This document shows positions 53,320 through 64,000 of a stretch of 64,000 nt of DNA, in pieces; position 1 is the first letter of the stretch; each line of letters opens with the position of its first letter. The DNA lies in assembly GCF_006345805.1 (NCBI RefSeq), contig NC_043011.1, positions 7,998,001 through 8,062,000 of the forward strand, given 5' to 3'. The translations under genes and the position numbers were made by a program. Below the pieces are notes generated by a model. The model saw only the letters and a list, made by a program, of their open reading frames with translations. It was not told the DNA's origin and searched no databases. Origin of the DNA: Octopus sinensis. Lineage: Eukaryota.

Positions 53320-53869
53320 CAAAAGCCTTCTTGTGTTACATGTGATATTAGCAATTATTACAATTATAACTCGTTAATTTAATAATTAACATTAAATTTA
53401 TTTTACAGTCAGGTGAATAAGAAATTAATAACGCTGATATTTACAGTGATGTGATTGATTAATAAATAAATAAATATTAATTATTAATTAATTAGTAACA
53501 TAGATATTTACAGTCATGTAACAATATAGATATTTACAAACATATTTTTAATAAAGAAATATTTAGTCATGTCATTAATCATGCAGTTAATTAAGATATA
53601 TATATATAGTCATATAATTAATTAGCAACATATATGATTACAATCAAGTGAGCAAAAGTACAAATTCAAGCCAACATCAGGGTCTCTTAGGGACATAAAA
53701 AAGAAAAGCTTCACTAAAGATTTTCTGATTTGGTGTTACATATCGCTATATGTCCATCAACTTTTTTTTATTTATGCTGTATGAGGAAGCACCAAGCACT
53801 ACAAGTCGGTAGAAGTTGTGGAAGAGACACACGGAAAAGTGACTTCAGATGAAACAAAGAATATTCATT

Positions 53870-54520
53870 TCTTTATTGCCCACAGGGGGCTAAACATTGG
53901 GAAGATAGACACAGGGATTAAGTCGATTACATTGACCCCAGTACTTATTTAATTGACCTCTGAAATGATGAAAGTCAAAGTTGACCTTGGTGGAATTTGA
54001 ACTCAAAACGTAAAAGCAGACGAAATACCGCTCGGCATTTCACCCAGTGTGCTAATGATTCTGCTAGCTCACTGCCCAGAGATGAAATAATGAATATTGA
54101 TTACAAATTTTAACCCAACAGCAACAATTTCGGGGATGGGTGTAAGTTCATTGCATCAACCCAACTACATAACTGGTACTTAAATCAACCTCAAAAGGAT
54201 GAATGGTAAAGTCAACCTTGGTGAAATTTGAACTCAGAATGCAATAGCAGATGAAATACCGCGAAGTATTTTGCCCAGGGTGCTAACGATGCTGTCAGCT
54301 CACCACCCAAAGATGAAATAAAGAATTTAGATTGCAAATTTTGCCACAACAGCAACAATTATACATGACTGGTACTTAATTTATCAACCCCAAAAGTATG
54401 AAAGGTAAAGTCGATCTTGGCAGAATTTGAACTTAGAACCCAAAGACAGAGAAAATGCTGTTCAACCATGTTGCCTGGCATACTGACAATTCTGCCAGCT
54501 CAACGCCTTTGGAATGGTGA
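53870..54520 (-). mobile_element. Degenerate SINE family A copies
   Basis: Three diverged cores with aatttgaactc B-box complements. Confidence 0.75.
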
Positions 54521-54661
54521 ATATTGATCTCAAGATACTGTAGTTTATGGAAGAGAAGACACAGGACTAAATTGATTGGTATTACATGGTACTGGAGAAG
54601 ACCTGATCACTCATGAAAGCACAGCGAAACGTATGTGAAAAGGTGAATAGTAATAGAAAGA

Positions 54662-55265
54662 AGGCAGCGAGCTGGCAGAATCGTTAGCACGTTGGATGAA
54701 ATGCATAGCAGTATTTCCTCTGCTGCTAAATTCTGAGTTCAAATTTCGCCGAGGTCGACTTTGCCTTTCATCCTTTCGGGGTCGATTAAATAAGTACCAG
54801 TTACGCACTGGGGTCAATGTAATCGACTTAATCCATTTGCGTGTCCTTGTTTGTCCTCTCTGTATTTAGGTCCTTGTGGGTAGTAAAGAAATTAGGTATT
54901 TCGTCTGTCTTTACGTTCTGAGTTCAAATTTCACCGAGGTCGACTTTGCCTTTCATCCTTTCGGGGTCGATTAAATAAGTATCAGTTACGCACTGGGGTC
55001 GATGTAATCGACTTAATCCGTTTGTGTATCTTTGTTTGTTCTCTCTGTATTTAGCACCTTGTGGGTAGTAAAGAAATAGGTATTTCGTCTGTCTTTATGT
55101 TCTGAGTTCAAATTCCGCCGAGGTTGACTTTGCCTTTCATATTTTCGGGGTCGATTAAATAAGTACCAGTTACACACTGGGGTTGATATAATCGACTTAA
55201 TCCATTTGTCTGTCCTTGTTTGTCCTCTCTGTGTTTAGCCCCATGTGGGTAGTAAATAAATAAGT
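54662..55265 (+). mobile_element. SINE family A trimer (about 185-bp period)
   Basis: One head and three core+tail-X units; junctions at 54888 and 55073. Confidence 0.9.
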
Positions 55266-56004
55266 AATAAAAATTGGTAACTATTACAGGTGTGTGTGTA
55301 CAGCCACGGATGCTAGAATCTTTGTGATCCCAATTGAGGTTGTGAGGTATGTGTACTTGTATCCTTCCAAACCAGCATTCACTATCCCCACCACATTCCT
55401 TGAACCCTTCTCTTCTACTTATCATTCATTTCTCTCTCCTTTGTTCATCACATTATTCTCCCCACCATTTATGCTGCTCGTATAACGGTGGATGGTGCTG
55501 AGTCTACATCTAATCAATTTCCTTTACCACCATCTTCATCATTCTACCTCTCTCACCTATCACCAGGCCTGTGTAGAAGAGGCTGCGTTGGACATTTTGC
55601 ATTCTGTACCCTCCAAGTTCACTCTTTCTGTAACTGCCAGCCATCACTCTCTCTCACCTGCCACTCATGCCCTTGTCCACATATTTTATATTTAACTTAC
55701 CTGTCTGAAATCTCGGAGGGTAAAAAGCATTTGCTTTGATTAAAGATGTGCTCAAACCACACCTGATTAAGACCTTTCCCATCGATCTGTTCCACAGCAC
55801 TTTCCTGCACTCTTATATGCAAATGAAACATGGGAACCTATTAAGGACCAGAGACTATGGCACAGAAAGTCATAGAAGGATCCATGCAAGAAATATCATT
55901 GTGGATGCATAAATAAAAAGAGGAAATCCAAGAATTGAGTAAGAAGTGATTGTGGAATAGCATAAACCCAAAAGCACAAGTTCCAATGGGTTGGGTATTC
56001 TTTT

Positions 56005-57050
56005 ATTCTTTTTTCTTTTACTTGTTTCAGTCATTTGACTGCGGCCATTCTGGAGCACTGCCTTTAGTCGAGCAAGTCAACCCCGGGACTTATTCTTTGT
56101 AAGCCCAGTACTTCTTCTATCGGTCTCTTTTGCCGAACCGCTAAGTGACGGGGACGTAAATACACCAGCATCGGTTGTCAAGTGATGTTGGGGGGGGGGG
56201 GCAAACACAGACACACAAACACATACATATATATATATATATATACATACATATATACGACAGGCTTCTTTCAGTTTCCGTCTACCAAATCCACTCACAA
56301 GGCATTGGTCGGCCCGGGGCTATAGCAGAAGACACTTGCCCAAGATGCCACGCAGTGAGACTGAACCCGGAACCGTGTGGTTGGTTAGCAAGCTACTTAC
56401 CACACAGCCACTCCTGCGCCTATGCTGCAAAATTTTGCAGAAAGCAAATGGGCCTGTGCAGTTGCCAAGTGGTACCCAAGAGAATGAAAGAAACCATTGG
56501 GAAGATCTTCAAAACAATGGCAAGATGGTTGAGTCAAAAAAATTTTGGTATAATCAAGAATGGAAGTAAATTGTGACTAGTAATGTAAGGACAGTCTGGT
56601 CAATATCTATCTATTTACAAATATATATATATATAGACACACACACACACATATATATATATACACATATATGTATATATATGTATTTATACACATTCTT
56701 TTACTGGTTTCAGCCATGCTGGAGCACCACCTTTAATTGAACAAATCAACCCCTGGACTCATTCTTTGTAAGACTAGTACTTATTCTATCTATCGCTTAG
56801 CCGAACCGCTAAGTTAAGGGGACATAAGCACACCAACATTGGTTGTCAAGCAACAGTGGGGGGAACAAACACAGAGACACAAACATATATAAATATATAT
56901 GATGGGCTTCTTTCAGTTTCTGTCTATCATATCCACTCACAAAGTTTTAGTCGGCCCAGGGCTATAGAAGAAAACACATGCCCAAGGTGCCACGCAGTGG
57001 GACTGAACCTGGAACCATGTGATTCAGAAACAAGTTTTTTACATCAGCCA
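56005..57050 (-). mobile_element. Two SINE family B copies (56005-56421, 56697-57050) flanking an RTE remnant
   Basis: Family consensus matches. Plus-strand WACAVAKWYPR..K.PLGRS at 56445-56570 resembles the RTE C-terminus. Confidence 0.8.
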
Positions 57051-57309
57051 CAGGAGCCTTTGCCTCCCTTACCTTCTCTCTCCTTTTCTGTCTTGCAAGT
57101 TACTCGGCAACCTCACAGGACATTCTGTAAAGTGGTTGGCATTAGGAAGGGCATCCAACAGCAGAATTCATGCAAAAGATGACGTTGGAGCTCAGTGTGG
57201 CCCTGCAGCTCACCAGGACCCTATCAGACTGCCCCATACATCTACACACCCCAGTATGAAAAGAGGGACGTTCAATGACGATGATATGTAGATATACATG
57301 TACATACAC

Positions 57310-57347
<38 letters not shown>

Positions 57348-57589
57348 TATATAGCCACTATACATTCTTTATTTTCTCTACATTTCTTTCTGTAGAAGAG
57401 CGTATGCTCAAAACGTTAGAGACGTTTTCATTTCCCAAGTATTATACTAATATATCTGTTTGTCTACACCACCTGTCTTCATCTTTTGTTTTTTTTTGTT
57501 AATTCTCTGCCTATATATATATACACACACACATATATGGATGGATTCTCCAAACTTTCAGAACAAGAAAGAAGGAGACACTGATGGTC

Positions 57590-58146
57590 CTGTGGAAAAC
57601 TTTCATCCTCAACCACTTGGACTACTGCTCCCAACTAAGGTCACCACACAATATAAAACTAATATCAGCTACTGGGAAAGACTGAAAGTATTGGACCTCT
57701 TCTCCCTAGAGCGAAGGCGTGAGAGATATGCGGTGATATACATCTGGAAAATCCTGGAGGGTCTTGTCCCAAACTTTGGCATTCAAAGTTACCCCATCCG
57801 CAGAACGGGGTGCCACTGCACGGTGCCAAAGATTCCAACATCACCATCAAAATACAGGACCAGATACTGCAACAGCTTGGGTTTCAGAGAACCACAGCTC
57901 TTTAACATCCTTCCTAAATGCCTGAGAGACTTGCAAGGTGTGGATGTGGGTTTCTTTAAAACTAAACTGGATCTCTTCTTGTCGGGGGTCCCAGATGAAC
58001 CTACCTCACGACAGGAGACACAGATGCGGGCAGCAGCATCGAACTCCCTTGTTGACCAAGTGCCACGTATCAGAGGTGGTTTCACATATTAGTGTAGCTC
58101 ATTCAGCGGTGGTGCCCCAGCATGGCCACAGCCTTCGGGCTGAAAC
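57590..58146 (+). mobile_element. CR1-clade LINE 3' end
   Basis: SYWERLKVLDLFSLERRRERY...PQLFNILP...FKTKLDLFLSGVPDEP; 3'UTR ggtgccccagcatggccacagcc...ggctgaaac. Confidence 0.9.
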
Positions 58147-58169
58147 ATTTTTCAGGATTTAAGTATTTA

Positions 58170-58700
58170 TACGTACATATATCATATATACACATACATA
58201 TATGTACATATATACATGCATATATGTACATATATACAAACATATATATACATACATAAAATACATAAATACATATATACATACATATATAAATACATAT
58301 ATATACATATATATACATATATACATACATATATACATATATATATATATACATATACATACATATATATATACATATACATACATATATATATACATAT
58401 ATATACATATGCATATATATATACACATACATATATATACATATATATATACACATACATATATATACATATATATATACACATACATATATATACATAT
58501 ATATATACACATACATATATATACATATATATATACACATACATATATATACATATATATATACACATACATATATATACATATATACATATACATACAT
58601 ATATATATAAACACATATACACACACACACACACACATATATATATAAAAATATATATATATACATACATAGACATATGTATACACATACACATGTGCAT
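58170..58700. repeat. Compound (TA)/(TACA) microsatellite
   Basis: Read directly. Confidence 0.95.
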
Positions 58701-59241
58701 AGATACACAGAGTAATGGATTTAAAAGACAGAAGTATTTAGGAAAAAATGTTTATTACAGAAAAACCATTTGTGAGGTCATCAGGTTCAAGAAAAATAGT
58801 TAACATCATGTGACACGAAACGGTTCCATTTCATTACATTTGTTCAGTCAAGACTAAAGTCGAACTTTTGGAGATTAACAGGAGGAAGGAACAAAGTGAT
58901 ATTTACACTGGGGAATTCATGATTCTTGTGTCAGGCTGACCAAAATAGAAGGGAGAAAGGGACAAATATATAAATATATTTATACAGGCAACCCTGACCC
59001 TGGTTAGGGTCTTTCAAACTGGAGACAGGAAGAGATGAAATACAAAATTATATTTACACTGGAGACCCATGACCCTTGTCAGGTCAGCCAAGTCCTGAAA
59101 CAGGGCTCAGGTGCTTAATTATTTTTAGATTGTAAGATTGCAGGCTAAGTTAATTGCATCTCATTTAACTTTTTCCAATTGGTTACAAAAAAAAAACACA
59201 AACAGAAATCGTGTGTAAATAACCTTGATTAAAGTACAGTA

Positions 59242-59630
59242 TCTCTAAAGCATAAAGGTCATTCAAAACCGTCCAAAGGTGGCTGTGAAGATCTTTTCAT
59301 TTCCCCAGTTACCCCTGAAAGCCATTAAAAAAATCGATCGATAAACTGACCCCTTATGTTTCAGGTAACAAAAGGGACGTAACTCCAGCAGTTTAATCTA
59401 AAGATATTAAGCCGTAGCAAGGGAAATAACTCTTTAAAACTCTGCATTTCCCTCCCTTTGTTACGTATCACACCTCTTTGGCTTTCAAACGTGTATGCAT
59501 TTTAGATTTGAGAAATGCAGGGAATAATTAATGAGTTAGATCAAATGAATGACAAGAGAGTGGGATTTTCATGAAAGGTCAAATATGCTTGACCAGCACT
59601 AGACCCGGCAACACCGGGTCATAGTGCTAG
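59242..59630 (+). mobile_element. Short non-autonomous Helitron
   Basis: A|TC start, hairpin gacccggcaacaccgggtc, CTAG|T end; the 3' end resembles that of 8442-9460. Confidence 0.7.
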
Positions 59631-59969
59631 TCATATAAAATGCTTGCTTGGTTAGCTGTTAGCAAACGTGTCCTGTTTTACATTCGAAGGTTTATGGTTT
59701 AGTTGTCAGGGAGTTGCACATATGGTCTTGCAATCATGGTTCCAATTCCAGAACCAAGAAGTGTGATGTGTTCTTAGACTTTGACATCTGACTTGTGTCA
59801 AACCACACACCTGTACAGACACTGTCTGATTGATGGAGGGAGTGAGTTAATATATAGCACAAACAGATCATTATAAAGGAATCACCTGCACAGGTGGTTC
59901 AGTAAGACACTGTGGAACCTTCACTTGTCATTTACCCCAATTTTACACACACACACACACACACATATA

Positions 59970-60220
59970 CGTTTTATTATTATTTTGCAATTTACTTAAT
60001 CATCGGTATAATATTGTTATTTTAATTGTAATATTTCTATTATATGTAATTTTCTAAATGGTGTAATTTAATTGTTCATTTTGAATTGATAAAAGGAGTT
60101 TTTTTTCTAATTTTGTATATATGTATATTATATTTTGTGAAATTTGATTTAGTATTTCTAAATTGAATTTTTCCCTGTAAGTTAGGAATAATATTCCCTC
60201 AAATAATTATTATATATATA
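59970..60220 (+). repeat. Penelope pLTR fragment homologous to 11540-11775
   Basis: Shared atatacgttttatt...ttacttaatcatcggtata...aataatattccct. Confidence 0.75.
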
Positions 60221-61084
60221 TGTTGCCCGAAACTGTAAGGATAATTTGGGAGCTTGACTGATGAGAGCTTTTCGTTTTGCTTGCTGTCTACATTCTCCAT
60301 TTACACAAACTGGCAAAACACACACACACACATAGGACAGCTACACATTTTCTCTATCATGGCTGCAGTCTAATGACTGAAACAGGTAAAAAAATATTTT
60401 TTAAATTAATAAATAAAAGAAACAAAAAGTAAAAAAAGCAAATCCTCTCCACACACCCTGTGTGATATAGCAGCCAAATCTCCCTCGATTCATACCCTAA
60501 CCTTCTGTCTTGTAGTTCTAGATAAAACTGATGTTAAAGAAGTTTTAGAGACAGAATTTTCCCCCCTCCTAATTCTCTCTTCTCATGGCTATGATGTGTT
60601 ATGAAAGGCTCCTGGGGTACTGCTCAAAGCAGCCCTTTCTTTTGGGAAATAGAGAAAGGATGAGTTAAAAGTTAGCAACCTCAACTGATAATCTAACAGT
60701 TTACATAAACTGCCCCAAAATACTATGGAGAGTGTGGACAGACCAAACATGATGTCCGTCATGGAATAATTGAAGAACAAGAATAAAACAAAGCAAATAA
60801 AAACATGATGGGATGGTCACAGCTGGAATGTCTTTGATCATAGGAATATCATTGCAGGAAACATATCTGAAATGAAATGAGGTAATTTGGTAATGGGAAA
60901 GAGGTAATGATGTGATGATGGCATACCGGAAGTTCAAGTTTTTGCAGGGTTGGGGTTCAACATGTTGCAAGGGTCACAGGTGGACTTGTACACAGTTGTT
61001 GAGAGGTATCCAAGAGATACAAAGAGAGCATTTGGAAGACCAGCGTAGTGGATGTGGACAGAATAATAATAATAATAATCCTTT

Positions 61085-61274
61085 TTACTAAAGGCATAAT
61101 TTGGGGGAGGGGACTAGTCAATTACATTGACCTCAGTGTGTCACTGGTACTTAATTTATCGACCCCGAAAGGATGAAAGACAGAGTTGGCCTCAGCAGAG
61201 TTTGAACTCAGAATGTAAAGATGGATGGAATGCTGCCAAGCACTTTACATGGCGTGCAAACGATTCTGCATCCT

Positions 61275-61318
<44 letters not shown>

Positions 61319-61322
61319 GATA

Positions 61323-61354
<32 letters not shown>

Positions 61355-61355
61355 G

Positions 61356-61399
<44 letters not shown>

Positions 61400-61400
61400 G

Positions 61401-61438
<38 letters not shown>

Positions 61439-61645
61439 TTTAAATTTTTGCCACAAGGGCAGCTTGGAGTAGGGGTTTTAAGTTGATTACATCAACCCCA
61501 GTGTTTCATTGGTTCTTATTTTATTGACCCCGAAAAGATGAAAGGTAAAGTCAAACTCGGCGGAATTTGAACTCAGAACGTAGCGATGGATGAAATACCG
61601 TTAAGTATTCTGTCCAGCATGCTAACGATCCTGCCACCTAATTGC
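61085..61645 (-). mobile_element. Two SINE family A copies separated by (TAA/TGA)n
   Basis: Cores at about 61085-61275 and 61440-61645. Confidence 0.8.
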
Positions 61646-61734
61646 CACAATAATAAATAATAATAATGATAATAGCCTTAGCTGTGAGGAAGGGACCTGC
61701 TAAGAAATTGGAGCAAAATTGAAAAAAGAAAAAA

Positions 61735-61768
<34 letters not shown>

Positions 61769-61912
61769 GGATGGTCATGTGGTCACAGCTTGAATGTCTT
61801 TCATCATAGGTCTGCTCAGACCAGGCCTGAGTGAAGTGACGAATGGAAGGGGCTTTATACAATTACAACAACAAAAGAAGAACAACATATACAAAACAAA
61901 GCGTTTCCTCAA

Positions 61913-62216
61913 TCACAACTCCACTTTGCGTGTCTGTTGTAAAGAGTTCAGAACGTCTGTAACCAAATTGTGTAATGAACAGAAGTACAAATCGCTCATG
62001 GGGTCCTCATTTTTCTCTTTCGTACACAGTCTCGAGTACTCAAAACTAAGTTCCTGCAACCTGGGTGTTAATGGCTGAAAGCTTTGACCGCAGCTGGATG
62101 TTAGAAGTTTCGAAGCGGTCAGTATTTTCTCCTGGCTGTCGTAGTCGGAGAGATTGAGCAGCGAGGCCACTCTGTCGCACCATCCAGTAAGGGTCATCTT
62201 TTCTAGAAGATTTATG
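61913..62216 (-). CDS. SIL1: Last coding exon of nucleotide exchange factor SIL1
   Basis: Acceptor ttcttcttgtctgctttcAG; INLLEKMTLTGWCDRVASLLNLSDYDSQEKILTASKLLTSSCGQSFQPLTPRLQELSFEYSRLCTKEKNEDPMSDLYFCSLHNLVTDVLNSLQQTRKVEL*. This follows the SIL1 C-terminal pattern GWC..a.LL...D..EK.L...L...C....L..L..EY..L...E.....YF..L...V..LL..L and ends in a KDEL-like ER signal. Confidence 0.88.
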
Positions 62217-63767
62217 CTGAAAGCAGACAAGAAGAAACACAATATTTAGGTTGAGAATTAAGATGAAAAAAATCATCATCATCATCATCCAGTATTTTAA
62301 ATCCGAGTTTTGACCCCATTCACCCTTTCATTACCAACTTAGCTGAAACCGGCTTTGGTTCCGAGTACAAATGTCTTGTTTACATAAGTTTTGAATTAGA
62401 ATCTTCCACCAAACCTTAGTCACAATTTATGTTCCTAACACTAGCTGAATGACAACTAAGTTATTATACTAAATTCTTTGTTATATTTAAGATTAATTAC
62501 ATATATTTTTTTAATAATATATTATTATTATTATTATTAATATAAGGAAATCAATATTGAACTCATCATAAAGATATACCCGTGTGAAAGACCTTATTGC
62601 ATTAAAAATATAAATAAATAAATATAAAAATATAAATATAATGTATAAAATAAATTTGAAAGTTTAAAAGTTTTGAACTGAGTTTTTAAGCATCTTACGA
62701 TCGTTTCGCAGAAGAGTTGTCCCTATAATGAAATCCTATATCGATAAGCATTTATAGACAACACGTCTGCTCTTCAGAGATATAAAATATGAATATTGTA
62801 TAATATATCGAATGATAGATTTTAAGATTAACTGAAAGAAATACAAAGCATCTCAAAATAAATACAATAATGAAAGGGTAAAAGGGGTGGCCAGATCTAC
62901 CCCAATGCCATAGCAACCAAGGTAAGCAGGTGCCCATTCTCCTTTGCTATCATGAAGCTTTTTTGGAGCTGGATTTTCTACAGGGAGCATGTCCTTGCTT
63001 ACCCTAAACCTCAGTTTCTAGACATGAGTGGTCCCAAGACCAAGGCCTCTGCCATGAGTTTTAAGAAATGTGTGTGCATATGTGTGTGTGTGTGTGTGTG
63101 TACATGTGTATACATGTATGTACTTGAATGTATACATGTGTGCAAGCATGTGGACATGTGTATGTATACATGTGTGTGTGTATATTTATATATTAATGCA
63201 CATATGTTTGTGCTTGTATACATATGAGTGTATGTGTGTGAGCATATATTTCTGTACATGTGTGTTTATACATGTATGTATCTAGGTGTGGCCAAGTGGT
63301 TAAGCAATAAACTTGGTAAACATGAGTTCCAAAGTCTAATCCCATTGGGTAACATCTCAGGCAAAGGTCATCTACCACACCCTCAGGCTGACCCCAAAAT
63401 TTACAGAGGAATCTAGGCAGATGGAAGACGCTAGATGGACCACAGTCAGGTCATTTGAAAGGTCGGCATTGTCACAGTGTGACCTATTGGTTCTGTCAAA
63501 TGATTATGTCATAGGTAGACATGGGTTGGTGGGGTACTCAGTCACTTAGGCAATACTTTAAAGAGAAGGTGGCTCGATTGGTCAAAGACCTGAAATGCTC
63601 ATTATTGAAACTGATGGAAGACACAAGAGTAAATGTCAGATCAAAGAGAAGAATTACGTTTGACCCAGAGAATGAGCATGTATGTGTATGAAAGAGTGTA
63701 TGTTGGTGAATGCCTACACATATATATGAGCATTTAGGATATATATATTTATATATATATATATATA

Positions 63768-64000
63768 TCATCATCATCATCATCATCATCATTTAACGTC
63801 CGCTTTCCATGCTAGCATGGGTTGGACGGTTCAACTGGGGTCTGGGGAGCCCGAAAGCTGCACCAGTCCAGTCAGATCTGGCAGTGTTTCTACAGCTGGA
63901 TGCCCTTCCTAACGCCAACCACTCCGAGAGTGTAGTGGGTGATTTTATGTGCCACCGACACAGGTGCCAGACGAGGCTGGCAAACGGCCACGCTCGGATG
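63768..64000 (-). mobile_element. RTE-tail element / SINE family C
   Basis: (CAT)n tail followed by ttaacgtccgctttccatgctagcatgggttggacgg. Confidence 0.85.

Noticed and set aside
53163-53354. ORFs spanning X residues
   Set aside because: Artefacts of reading through the 100-N gap.
54662-55265. Regularly spaced repeats resembling a CRISPR array
   Set aside because: Whole units of about 184 bp repeat with no unique spacers; these are SINE concatemers in a eukaryotic genome.
55698-55830. Minus-strand donor CAG|GTAAGT with an open upstream frame (..EQIDGKGLNQVWFEHIF..)
   Set aside because: Weak acceptor, no recognisable homology, and it cannot be tied to either gene from sequence alone.

Overview
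AT-rich, microsatellite-dense eukaryotic DNA. The SINE, LINE and Penelope repertoire suggests an octopus or related cephalopod (inference). There is one 100-N assembly gap. Two host genes are visible, both on the minus strand. (1) The last coding exon of SIL1, the ER BiP nucleotide-exchange factor, ending in ...KVEL* (61913-62216). (2) An unannotated multi-exon gene with exons 28395-28211, 27671-27480, 22502-22290 and 13480-13292, canonical splice sites and compatible phases. These exons join into about 259 aa resembling an uncharacterised, mainly fungal protein family, with a possible Cyt/volvatoxin-like beta-meander. The remainder is transposon-derived. It includes several Penelope-like elements carrying minimal hammerhead ribozymes: a palindromic double hammerhead, U3:A8 covariant cores and a foldback nested inside a near full-length R4/Dong LINE. 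It also includes (TAA)n- and (CATA)n-associated RLE LINEs, a 550-bp (TAA)-tailed element in triplicate, mariners, non-autonomous Helitrons, CR1/L1/RTE/HERO fragments, and tRNA-derived SINEs, one of which forms concatemers with fixed hairpin junctions. All family assignments come from motif recognition by eye; no searches were run.
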